Below are positions 1 through 14,000 of a stretch of DNA of 64,000 nt, piece after piece. Each line of letters starts with the position of its first letter. Position 1 is the stretch's first letter. The position numbers were made by a program, and so were the translations under genes. This DNA is from Eledone cirrhosa (Eukaryota), in NCBI GenBank assembly GCA_964016885.1, contig OZ024741.1:115692001-115756000 (forward strand). Reading direction: 5' to 3'. Under the pieces are notes generated by a model. It saw nothing but the letters and a program-made list of their open reading frames with translations, was not told the DNA's origin and did no database searches.

Positions 1-3000
1 ATAGAAACATGTTCTTGGGGTAGGGGTTACATTTGTCATAGAATATACATATAATTCTGACTGAAAGATGTTCTTGAGGTGGGGGTTACATTTGTCATAG
101 AACATAGATATAACTCTGACTGAAAGATGTTCTTGAGGTGGGGGTTACATTTGTCATAGAATATAGATATAACTCTGATAGAAAGATGTTCTTGGGGTAG
201 GGGTTACATTTGTCATAGAATATAGATATAACTCTGATAGAAAGTTGTTCTTGGGGTAGGGGTTACATTTGTCATAGAATATACATATAATTCTGACTGA
301 AAGATGTTCTTGAGGTGGGGGTTACATTTATCATAGAACATAGATATAACTCTGACTGAAAGATGTTCTTGAGGTGGGGGTTACATTTGTCATAGAATAT
401 AGATATAACTCTGATAGAAAGTTGTTCTTGGGGTAGGGGTTACATTTGTCATAGAATATACATATAATTCTGACTGAAAGATGTTCTTGAGGTGGGGGTT
501 ACATTTGTCATGGAATATAGATATATCTCTGATTGAAAGATGTTCTTGAGTAGGGGTTACATTTGTCATAGAATATAGACATAACACTGATCGAAAGATG
601 TTCTTGATGTGGGGGTTACATTTGTCATAGAATATAGGTATAACTCTTATTGAAATATTATCTTGAGGTATGGGTTACATTTGTCATAGAATATAGATAT
701 AACTCTGATTGAAAGATGTTCTTGAGATGGGGGTTACATTTGTCATAGAATATAGATATATCTCTTAATGAAATATGTACTTGAAGTAGGGGTTACATTT
801 GTCATAGAATATAGATATAACCCTGATTGAAAGATTTTGTTGAGGTGGGGGTTACATTTGTCATAGAATATAGATATAACTCTGATTGAAAGATTTTGTT
901 GAGGTGGGGGTTACATTTGTCATAGAATATAGATATAACTCTGATTGAAAGATTTTGTTGAGGTGGGGGTTACATTTGTCATAGAATATAGATATAACTC
1001 TGATAGAAAGATGATCTTGAGGTAGGGGTTACATTTGTTATAGAATATAGATATAACTCTGATTGAAAGATGTTCTTGAGGTGGGGGTTACATTTGTCAT
1101 AGAATATAGATATAACTCTGATTGAAAGATGTTCTTGAGGTGGGGGTTGCATTTGTCATAGAATATAGATATAACTCTGATTGAAAGATGTTCTTGACGT
1201 GGGGGTTACATTTGTCATAGAATATAGATGTAACTCTGATTGAAAGATGTTCTTGGGGTGGGGGTTACATTTGTCATAGAATATAGATATAACTCTGATT
1301 GAAAGATGTTCTTGAGGTGGGGGTTACATTTGTCATAGAATATATATATAACTCTGATAGAAAGATGTTCTTGAGGTGGGGGTTACATTTGTCATAGAAT
1401 ATAGATATAACTCAGACTAAAAGATTATCTTGGGGTAGGGGTTACATTTGTCATAGAATATAGATATAACTCTGACTGAAAGATATTATTGAGGTAGGGG
1501 TTACAATTGTCATAGAATATAGATATAACTCTGATCGAAAGATATGCTTGAGGTGGGCGTTACATTTGTCATAAAATATAGATATAACTCAGATAGAAAG
1601 ATGTTCTTGAGGTGAGGGTTACATTTCTCATGGAATATAGATATAACTCTGATTGAAAGATGTTCTTGAGTTGGGGTTACATTTGTCATAGGATTTAGAT
1701 ATAACCCTGATGGAAAGATGTTCTTGACGTGGGGGTTACATTTGTCATAGAATATAGATATCATTCTGATTGAAAGATTTTGTTGAGGTAGGGGTTACAT
1801 TTGTCATAGAATATAGATATAACACTGATAGAAAGATGTTCTTGAGGTGGGGGTTACATTTGTCATAGAATATAGAAATAACTCTGATTGAAAGATGTTC
1901 TTGAGGTGGTGGCTACATTTGTCATAGAATATAGATATAACCCTGATTGAAAGATGTTCTGGAGGTGGGGTTACATTTGTCATAGAATATAGATATAACT
2001 CAGACTAAAAGATTATCTTGAGGTAGGGGTTACATTTGTCATAGAATATAGATATAACTCTGATAGAAAGATGTTCTTGAGGTGGGCGTTACATTTGTCA
2101 TAGAATATAGAGATAACCCAGAATGAAAGATGTTCTTGAGGTGGGGTTTACATTTGTCATAGAATATAGATATAACTCTGATTGAAAGATGTTCTTGAGG
2201 TGGTAGTTACATTTGTCATAGAATATAGATATAACTCTGATTGAAAGATGTTCTTGAGGTGGTGGTTACATTTGTCATAGAATATAGATATAACTCTGAT
2301 TGAAAGATGTTCTTGAGGTGGGGGTTACAATTGTCATAGAATATAGATATAACTCTGATTGAAAGATGTTCTTGATGTGGGCGTTACATTTGTCATAGAA
2401 TATAGATATAACCCAGAATGAAAGATGTTCTTGAGGTGGGGGTTACATTTGTCATAGAATATAGATATAACTCTGATTGAAAGATGTTCTTGAGGTGGTA
2501 GTTACATTTGTCATAGAATATAGATATAACTCTGATTGAAAGATGTTCTTGAGCTGGGGGTTACATTTGTCATAGAATATACATATAATTCTGACTGAAA
2601 AATGTTCTTGTGGTGGGGGTTACATTTGTCATAGAATATAGATATAACTCTGATAGAAAGATGTTTTTGGGGTAGGGGTTATATTTGTCGTAGAATATAC
2701 ATATAATTCTGACTGAAACATGTTCTTGAGGTGGGGGTTACATTTGTCATAGAATATAGTTATAACTCTGAGTGAAAGATGTTCTTGAGGTGGGGGTTAC
2801 ATTTGTCATAGAATATAGATATAACTCTGATAGAAAGATGTTCTTGGGGTAGGGGTTACATTTGTCATAGAATATACATATAATTCTGACTGAAAGATGT
2901 TCTTGAGGTGGGGATTACATTTGTCATAGAATATAGATATAACTCTGAGTGAAAGATGTTCTTGTGGTGGGGGTTACATTTGTCATAGAATATAGATACA

Positions 3001-3559
3001 ACTCTGATAGAAACATGTTCTTGGGGTAGGGGTTACATTTGTCATAGAATATACATATAATTCTGACTGAAAGATGTTCTTGAGGTGGGGGTTACATTTG
3101 TCATAGAACATAGATATAACTCTGACTGAAAGATGTTGTTGAGGTGGGGGTTACATTTGTCATAGAATATACATATAATTCTGATTGAAAGATGTTCTTA
3201 AGGTGGGGGGTTACATTTGTCATAGAACATAGATATAACTCTGACTGAAAGATGTTCTTGAGGTGGGGGTTACATTTGTCATAGAATATAGATATATCTC
3301 TGATTGAAAGATGTTCTTGAGGTAGGGGTAATATTTGTCATAGAATATAGATATAACTCTGAGTGAAAGATGTGCTTGAGGTAGGGGTTACATTTGTCAT
3401 AGAATATAGATATAACTCTGATTGAAAGATGTTCTTGAGATGGGGGTTACATTTGTCATAGAATATAGATATATCTCTGAATGAAATATGTACTTGAAGT
3501 AGGGGTTACATTTGTCATAGAATATACATATAATTCTGATTGAAAGATGTTCTTGAGGT

Positions 3560-6500
3560 GGGGGTTACATTTGTCATAGAATATAGATATATCTCTGATT
3601 GAAAGATGTTCTTGAGTAGGGGTTACATTTGTCATAGAATATAGACATAACACTGATCGAAAGATGTTCTTGATGTGGGGGTTACATTTGTCATAGAATA
3701 TAGGTATAACTCTTATTGAAATATTATCTTGAGGTAGGGGTAATATTTGTCATAGAATATAGATATAACTCTGAGTGAAAGATGTGCTTGAGGTAGGGGT
3801 TACATTTGTCATAGAATATAGATATAACTCTGATTGAAAGATGTTCTTGAGATGGGGGTTACATTTGTCATAGAATATAGATATATCTCTGAATGAAATA
3901 TGTACTTGAAGTAGGGGTTACATTTGTCATAGAATATAGATATAACCCTGATTGAAAGATTTTGTTGAGGTGGGGGTTACATTTGTCATAGAATATAGAT
4001 ATAACTCTGATTGAAATATTTTGTTGAGGTGGGGGTTACATTTGTCATAGAATATAGATATAACCCTGATTGAAAGATTTTGTTGAGGTGGGGGTTACAT
4101 TTGTCATAGAATATAGATATAACTCTGATTGAAAGATTTTGTTGAGGTGGGGGTTACATTTGTCATAGAATATAGATATAACTCTGATAGAAAGATGATC
4201 TTGAGGTAGGGGTTACATTTGTTATAGAATATAGATATAACTCTGATTGAAAGATGTTCTTGAGGTGGGGGTTACATTTGTCATAGAATATCGATATAAC
4301 TCTGATTGAAAGATGTTCTCGAGGTGGGGGTTGCATTTGTCATAGAATATAGATATAACTCTGATTGAAAGATGTTCTTGACGTGGGGGTTACATTTGTC
4401 ATAGAATATAGATGTAACTCTGATTGAAAGATGTTCTTGGGGTGGGGGTTACATTTGTCATAGAATATAGATATAACTCTGATTGAAAGATGTTCTTGAG
4501 GTGGGGGTTACATTTGTCATAGAATATATATATAACTCTGATAGAAAGATGTTCTTGAGGTGGGGGTTACATTTGTCATAGAATATAGATATTACCCTGA
4601 TTGAAAGATGTTCTGGAGGTGGGGTTACATTTGTCATAGAATATAGATATAACTCAGACTAAAAGATTATCTTGAGGTAGGGGTTACATTTGTTATAGAA
4701 TATAGATATAACGCTGATTGAAAGATGTTCTTGAGGTGGGGGGTTACATTTGTCATAGAATATAGATATAACTCTGATAGAAAGATGTTCTTGAGGCGGG
4801 GGTTACATTTGTCATAGAATATAGAAATAACTCTGATTGAAAGATGTTCTTGAGGTGGTGGTTACATTTGTCATAGAATATAGATATAACTCTGATAGAA
4901 AGATGTTCTTGAGGTGGGGGTTACATTTGTCATAGAATATAGATATAACTCTGATTGAAAGATGTTCTTGAGGTGGAGGTTACATTTGTCATAGAATATA
5001 GATATAACTCTAATTGAAAGATGTTCTTGAGTTGGGGGTTACATTTGTCATAGAATATATATATAACTCTGATTGAAAGATGTTCTTGAGGTGGGGGTTA
5101 CAATTGTCATAAAATATAGGTATAACTCTGATTGAAAGATGTTCTTGAGGTGGGCGTTACATTTGTCATAGAATATAGAGATAACCCAGAATGAAAGATG
5201 TTCTTGAGGTGGGGGTTACATTTGTCATAGAATATAGATATAACTCTGATTGAAAGATGTTCTTGAGGTGGTAGTTACATTTGTCATAGAATATAGATAT
5301 AACTCTGATTGAAAGATGTTCTTGAGGTGGGGGTTACATTTGTCATAGAATATACATATAATTCTGACTGAAAAATGTTCTTGAGGTGGGGGTTACATTT
5401 GTCATAGAATATAGATATAACTCTGATAGAAAGATGTTCTTGGGGTAGGGGTTATATTTGTCGTAGAATATACATATAATTCTGACTGAAAGATGTTCTT
5501 GAGGTGGGGGTTACATTTGTCATAGAATATAGTTATAACTCTGAGTGAAAGATGTTCTTGAGGGGGGGGGGGGTTACATTTGTCATAGAATATAGATATA
5601 ACTCTGATAGAAAGATGTTCTTGGGGTAGGGGTTACATTTGTCATAGAATATACATATAATTCTGACTGAAAAATGTTCTTGAGGTGGGGGTTACATTTG
5701 TCATAGAATATAGATATAACTCTGATAGAAAGATGTTTTTGGGGTAGGGGTTATATTTGTCGTAGAATATACATATAATTCTGACTGAAACATGTTCTTG
5801 AGGTGGGGGTTACATTTGTCATAGAATATAGTTATAACTCTGAGTGAAAGATGTTCTTGAGGTGGGGGTTACATTTGTCATAGAATATAGATATAATTCT
5901 GAGTGAAAGATGTTCTTGTGGTGGGGGTTACATTTGTCATAGAATATAGATACAACTCTGATAGAAACATGTTCTTGGGGTAGGGGTTACATTTGTCATA
6001 GAATATACATATAATTCTGACTGAAAGATGTTCTTGAGGTGGGGGTTACATTTGTCATAGAACATAGATATAACTCTGACTGAAAGATGTTCTTGAGGTG
6101 GGGGTTACATTTGTCATAGAATATACATATAATTCTGATTGAAAGATGTTCTTGAGGTGGGGGTTACATTTGTCATAGAACATAGATATAACTCTGACTG
6201 AAAGATGTTCTTGAGGTGGGGGTTACATTTGTCATAGAATATAGATATATCTCTGATTGAAAGATGTTCTTGAGTAGGGGTTACATTTGTCATAGAATAT
6301 AGACATAACACTGATCGAAAGATGTTCTTGATGTGGGGGTTACATTTGTCATAGAATATAGGTATAACTCTTATTGAAATATTATCTTGAGGTAGGGGTA
6401 ATATTTGTCATAGAATATAGATATAACTCTGAGTGAAAGATGTGCTTGAGGTAGGGGTTACATTTGTCATAGAATATAGATATAACTCTGATTGAAAGAT

Positions 6501-8960
6501 GTTCTTGAGATGGGGGTTACATTTGTCATAGAATATAGATATATCTCTGAATGAAATATGTACTTGAAGTAGGGGTTACATTTGTCATAGAATATAGATA
6601 TAACCCTGATTGAAAGATTTTGTTGAGGTGGGGGTTACATTTGTCATAGAATATAGATATAACTCTGATTGAAAGATTTTGTTGAGGTGGGGGTTACATT
6701 TGTCATAGAATATAGATATAACCCTGATTGAAAGATTTTGTTGAGGTGGGGGTTACATTTGTCATAGAATATAGATATAACTCTGATTGAAAGATTTTGT
6801 TGAGGTGGGGGTTACATTTGTCATAGAATATAGATATAACTCTGATAGAAAGATGATCTTGAGGTAGGGGTTACATTTGTCATAGAATATAGATATAACT
6901 CTGATTGAAAGATGTTCTTGAGGTGGGGGTTACATTTGTCATAGAATATCGATATAACTCTGATTGAAAGATGTTCTCGAGGTGGGGGTTGCATTTGTCA
7001 TAGAATATAGATATAACTCTGATTGAAAGATGTTCTTGACGTGGGGGTTACATTTGTCATAGAATATAGATGTAACTCTGATTGAAAGATGTTCTTGGGG
7101 TGGGGGTTACATTTGTCATAGAATATAGATATAACTCTGATTGAAAGATGTTCTTGAGGTGGGGGTTACATTTGTCATAGAATATATATATAACTCTGAT
7201 AGAAAGATGTTCTTGAGGTGGGGGTTACATTTGTCATAGAATATAGATATTACCCTGATTGAAAGATGTTCTGGAGGTGGGGTTACATTTGTCATAGAAT
7301 ATAGATATAACTCAGACTAAAAGATTATCTTGAGGTAGGGGTTACATTTGTTATAGAATATAGATATAACCCTGATTGAAAGATGTTCTTGAGGTGGGGG
7401 TTACATTTGTCATAGAATATAGATATAACTCTGATAGAAAGATGTTCTTGAGGCGGGTTTACATTTGTCATAGAATATAGAAATAACTCTGATTGAAAGA
7501 TGTTCTTGAGGTGGTGGTTACATTTGTCATAGAATATAGATATAACTGTGATAGAAAGATGTTCTTGAGGTGGGGGTTACATTTGTCATAGAATATAGAT
7601 ATAACTCTGATTGAAAGATGTTCTTGAGGTGGAGGTTACATTTGTCATAGAATATAGATATAACTCTAATTGAAAGATGTTCTTGAGTTGGGGGTTACAT
7701 TTGTCATAGAATATATATATAACTCTGATTGAAAGATGTTCTTGAGGTGGGGGTTACAATTGTCATAAAATATAGATATAACTCTGATTGAAAGATGTTC
7801 TTGAGGTGGGCGTTACATTTGTCATAGAATATAGAGATAACCCAGAATGAAAGATGTTCTTGAGGTGGGGGTTACATTTGTCATAGAATATAGATATAAC
7901 TCTGATTGAAAGATGTTCTTGAGGTGGTAGTTACATTTGTCATAGAATATAGATATAACTCTGATTGAAAGATGTTCTTGAGGTGGGGGTTACATTTGTC
8001 ATAGAATATACATATAATTCTGACTGAAAAATGTTCTTGAGGTGGGGGTTACATTTGTCATAGAATATAGATATAACTCTGATAGAAAGATGTTCTTGGG
8101 GTAGGGGTTATATTTGTCGTAGAATATACATATAATTCTGACTGAAAGATGTTCTTGAGGTGGGGGTTACATTTGTCATAGAATATAGTTATAACTCTGA
8201 GTGAAAGATGTTCTTGAGGGGGGGGGGGGTTACATTTGTCATAGAATATAGATATAACTCTGATAGAAAGATGTTCTTGGGGTAGGGGTTACATTTGTCA
8301 TAGAATATACATATAATTCTGACTGAAAAATGTTCTTGAGGTGGGGGTTACATTTGTCATAGAATATAGATATAACTCTGATAGAAAGATGTTTTTGGGG
8401 TAGGGGGTATATTTGTCGTAGAATATACATATAATTCTGACTGAAACATGTTCTTGAGGTGGGGGTTACATTTGTCATAGAATATAGTTATAACTCTGAG
8501 TGAAAGATGTTCTTGAGGTGGGGGTTACATTTGTCATAGAATATAGATATAACTCTGATAGAAAGATGTTCTTGGGGTAGGGGTTACATTTGTCATAGAA
8601 TATACATATAATTCTGACTGAAAGATGTTCTTGAGGTGGGGATTACATTTGTCATAGAATATAGATATAATTCTGAGTGAAAGATGTTCTTGTGGTGGGG
8701 GTTACATTTGTCATAGAATATAGATACAACTCTGATAGAAACATGTTCTTGGGGTAGGGGTTACATTTGTCATAGAATATACATATAATTCTGACTGAAA
8801 GATGTTCTTGAGGTGGGGGTTACATTTGTCATAGAACATAGATATAACTCTGACTGAAAGATGTTCTTGAGGTGGGGGTTACATTTGTCATAGAATATAC
8901 ATATAATTCTGATTGAAAGATGTTCTTGAGGTGGGGGTTACATTTGTCATAGAACATAGA
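3560..8960. repeat. Higher-order duplication, period about 2,658 bp (45 monomers), imperfect; boundaries approximate
   Basis: Rare variants AATATCGAT (C at 4292 and 6950) and CTCGAG (4318 and 6976) are both offset by 2,658. G12 tracts lie at 5562 and 8218, and ORF-track copies at 3456 and 6114 share the offset. Confidence 0.85.
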
Positions 8961-10933
8961 TATAACTCTGACTGAAAGATGTTCTTGAGGTGGGGGTTAC
9001 ATTTGTCATAGAATATAGATATAACTCTGACTGAAAGATATACTTGAGGTGAGGGTTACATTTCTCATGGAATATAGATATATCTCTGATTGAAAGATGT
9101 TCTGGAGTAGGGGTTACATTTGTCATAGAATATAGACATAACACTGATCGAAAGATGTTCTTGATGTGGGGGTTACATTTGTCATAGAATATAGGTATAA
9201 CTCTTATTGAAATATTATCTTGAGGTAGGGGTAATATTTGTCATAGAATATAGATATAACTCTGAGTGAAAGATGTGCTTGAGGTAGGGGTTACATTTGT
9301 CATAGAATATAGATATTACTCTGATTGAAAGATGTTCTTGAGATGGGGGTTACATTTGTCATAGAATATAGATATATCTCTGAATGAAATATGTACTTGA
9401 AGTAGGGGTTACATTTGTCATAGAATATAGATATAACCCTGATTGAAAGATTTTGTTGAGGTGGGGGTTACATTTGTCATAGAATATAGATATAACTCTG
9501 ATTGAAAGATTTTGTTGAGGTGGGGGTTACATTTGTCATAGAATATAGATATAACCCTGATTGAAAGATTTTGTTGAGGTGGGGGTTACATTTGTCATAG
9601 AATATAGATATAACTCTGATTGAAAGATTTTGTTGAGGTGGGGGTTACATTTGTCATAGAATATAGATATAACTCTGATTGAAAGATGTTCTTGAGGTGG
9701 GGGTTGCATTTGTCATAGAATATAGATATAACTCTGATTGAAAGATGTTCTTGACGTGGGGGTTACATTTGTCATAGAATATAGATGTAACTCTGATTGA
9801 AAGATGTTCTTGGGGTGGGGGTTACATTTGTCATAGAATATAGATATAACTCTGATTGAAAGATGTTCTTGAGGTGGGGGTTACATTTGTCATAGAATAT
9901 ATATATAACTCTGATAGAAAGATGTTCTTGAGGTGGGGGTTACATTTGTCATAGAATATAGATATTACCCTGATTGAAAGATGTTCTGGAGGTGGGGTTA
10001 CATTTGTCATAGAATATAGATATAACTCAGACTAAAAGATTATCTTGAGGTAGGGGTTACATTTGTTATAGAATATAGATATAACCCTGATTGAAAGATG
10101 TTCTTGACGTGGGGGTTACATTTGTCATAGAATATAGATATAACTCTGATAGAAAGATGTTCTTGAGGCGGGGGTTACATTTGTCATAGAATATAGAAAT
10201 AACTCTGATTGAAAGATGTTCTTGAGGTGGTGGTTACATTTGTCATAGAATATAGATATAACTCTGATAGAAAGATGTTCTTGAGGTGGGGGTTACATTT
10301 GTCATAGAATATAGATATAACTCTGATTGAAAGATGTTCTTGAGGTGGAGGTTACATTTGTCATAGAATATAGATATAACTCTAATTGAAAGATGTTCTT
10401 GAGTTGGGGGTTACATTTGTCATAGAATATAGATATAACTCTGATTGAAAGATGTTCTTGAGGTGGGGGTTACAATTGTCATAAAATATAGATATAACTC
10501 TGATTGAAAGATGTTCTTGAGGTGGGCGTTACATTTGTCATAGAATATAGAGATAACCCAGAATGAAAGATGATCTTGAGGTGGGGGTTACATTTGTCAT
10601 AGAATATAGATATAACTCTGATTGAAAGATGTTCTTGAGGTGGTAGTTACATTTGTCATAGAATATAGATATAACTCTGATTGAAAGATGTTCTTGAGGT
10701 GGGGGTTACATTTGTCATAGAATATACATATAATTCTGACTGAAAAATGTTCTTGAGGTGGGGGTTACATTTGTCATAGAATATAGATATAACTCTGATA
10801 GAAAGATGTTCTTGGGGTAGGGGTTATATTTGTCGTAGAATATACATATAATTCTGACTGAAAGATGTTCTTGAGGTGGGGGTTACATTTGTCATAGAAT
10901 ATAGTTATAACTCTGAGTGAAAGATGTTCTTGA

Positions 10934-10949
10934 GGGGGGGGGGGGGGGG
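10934..10949 (+). repeat. G16 homopolymer, the longest of ten expanded poly-G tracts in one monomer lineage
   Basis: It reads TTGA(G)16TTAC in place of consensus TTGAGGTGGGGGTTAC. The other tracts start at 5562, 8218, 12947, 18315, 23565, 25574, 27581, 30473 and 33070. Confidence 0.85.
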
Positions 10950-11085
10950 TTACATTTGTCATAGAATATAGATATAACTCTGATAGAAAGATGTTCTTGG
11001 GGTAGGGGTTACATTTGTCATAGAATATACATATAATTCTGACTGAAAGATGTTCTTGAGGTGGGGATTACATTTGTCATAGAAT

Positions 11086-14000
11086 ATAGATATAACTCTG
11101 AGTGAAAGATGTTCTTGAGGTGGGGGTTACATTTGTCATAGAATATAGATACAACTCTGATAGAAACATGTTCTTGGGGTAGGGGTTACATTTGTCATAG
11201 AATATACATATAATTCTGACTGAAAGATGTTCTTGAGGTGGTGGTTACATTTGTCATAGAACATAGATATAACTCTGACTGAAAGATGTTCTTGAGGTGG
11301 GGGTTACATTTGTCATAGAATATAGAGATAACCCAGAATGAAAGATGTTCTTGAGGTGGGGGTTACATTTGTCATAGAATATAGATATAACTCTGATTGA
11401 AAGATGTTCTTGAGGTGGTAGTTACATTTGTCATAGAATATAGATATAACTCTGATTGAAAGATGTTCTTGAGGTGGGGGTTACATTTGTCATAGAATAT
11501 ACATATAATTCTGACTGAAAAATGTTCTTGAGGTGGGGGTTACATTTGTCATAGAATATAGATATAACTCTGATAGAAAGATGTTCTTGGGGTAGGGGTT
11601 ATATTTGTCGTAGAATATACATATAATTCTGACTGAAAGATGTTCTTGAGGTGGGGGTTACATTTGTCATAGAATATAGTTATAACTCTGATAGAAAGAT
11701 GTTCTTGGGGTAGGGGTTACATTTGTCATAGAATATACATATAATTCTGACTGAAAGATGTTCTTGAGGTGGGGATTACATTTGTCATAGAATATAGATA
11801 TAACTCTGAGTGAAAGATGTTCTTGAGGTGGGGGTTACATTTGTCATAGAATATAGATACAACTCTGATTGAAAGATGTTCTTGAGGTGGGGGTTACATT
11901 TGTCATAGAATATATATATAACTCTGATAGAAAGATGTTCTTGAGGTGGGGGTTACATTTGTCATAGAATATAGATATTACCCTGATTGAAAGATGTTCT
12001 GGAGGTGGGGTTACATTTGTCATAGAATATAGATATAACTCAGACTAAAAGATTATCTTGAGGTAGGGGTTACATTTGTTATAGAATATAGATATAACCC
12101 TGATTGAAAGATGTTCTTGAGGTGGGGGTTACATTTGTCATAGAATATAGATATAACTCTGATAGAAAGATGTTCTTGAGGCGGGGGTTACATTTGTCAT
12201 AGAATATAGAAATAACTCTGATTGAAAGATGTTCTTGAGGTGGTGGTTACATTTGTCATAGAATATAGATATAACTCTGATAGAAAGATGTTCTTGAGGT
12301 GGGGGTTACATTTGTCATAGAATATAGATATAACTCTGATTGAAAGATGTTCTTGAGGTGGAGGTTACATTTGTCATAGAATATAGACATAACTCTAATT
12401 GAAAGATGTTCTTGAGTTGGGGGTTACATTTGTCATAGAATATAGATATAACTCTGATTGAAAGATGTTCTTGAGGTGGGGGTTACAATTGTCATAAAAT
12501 ATAGATATAACTCTGATTGAAAGATGTTCTTGAGGTGGGCGTTACATTTGTCATAGAATATAGAGATAACCCAGAATGAAAGATGTTCTTGAGGTGGGGG
12601 TTACATTTGTCATAGAATATAGATATAACTCTGATTGAAAGATGTTCTTGAGGTGGTAGTTACATTTGTCATAGAATATAGATATAACTCTGATTGAAAG
12701 ATGTTCTTGAGGTGGGGGTTACATTTGTCATAGAATATACATATAATTCTGACTGAAAAATGTTCTTGAGGTGGGGGTTACATTTGTCATAGAATATAGA
12801 TATAACTCTGATAGAAAGATGTTCTTGGGGTAGGGGTTATATTTGTCGTAGAATATACATATAATTCTGACTGAAAGATGTTCTTGAGGTGGGGGTTACA
12901 TTTGTCATAGAATATAGTTATAACTCTGAGTGAAAGATGTTCTTGAGGGGGGGGGTTACATTTGTCATAGAATATAGATATAACTCTGATAGAAAGATGT
13001 TCTTGGGGTAGGGGTTACATTTGTCATAGAATATACATATAATTCTGACTGAAAGATGTTCTTGAGGTGGGGATTACATTTGTCATAGAATATAGATATA
13101 ACTCTGAGTGAAAGATGTTCTTGAGGTGGGGGTTACATTTGTCATAGAATATAGATACAACTCTGATAGAAACATGTTCTTGGGGTAGGGGTTACATTTG
13201 TCATAGAATATACATATAATTCTGACTGAAAGATGTTCTTGAGGTGGTGGTTACATTTGTCATAGAACATAGATATAACTCTGACTGAAAGATGTTCTTG
13301 AGGTGGGGGTTACATTTGTCATAGAATATAGAGATAACCCAGAATGAAAGATGTTCTTGAGGTGGGGGTTACATTTGTCATAGAATATAGATATAACTCT
13401 GATTGAAAGATGTTCTTGAGGTGGTAGTTACATTTGTCATAGAATATAGATATAACTCTGATTGAAAGATGTTCTTGAGGTGGGGGTTACATTTGTCATA
13501 GAATATACATATAATTCTGACTGAAAAATGTTCTTGAGGTGGGGGTTACATTTGTCATAGAATATAGATATAACTCTGATAGAAAGATGTTCTTGGGGTA
13601 GGGGTTATATTTGTCGTAGAATATACATATAATTCTGACTGAAAGATGTTCTTGAGGTGGGGGTTACATTTGTCATAGAATATAGTTATAACTCTGATAG
13701 AAAGATGTTCTTGGGGTAGGGGTTACATTTGTCATAGAATATACATATAATTCTGACTGAAAGATGTTCTTGAGGTGGGGATTACATTTGTCATAGAATA
13801 TAGATATAACTCTGAGTGAAAGATGTTCTTGAGGTGGGGGTTACATTTGTCATAGAATATAGATACAACTCTGATAGAAACATGTTCTTGGGGTAGGGGT
13901 TACATTTGTCATAGAATATACATATAATTCTGACTGAAAGATGTTCTTGAGGTGGTGGTTACATTTGTCATAGAACATAGATATAACTCTGACTGAAAGA

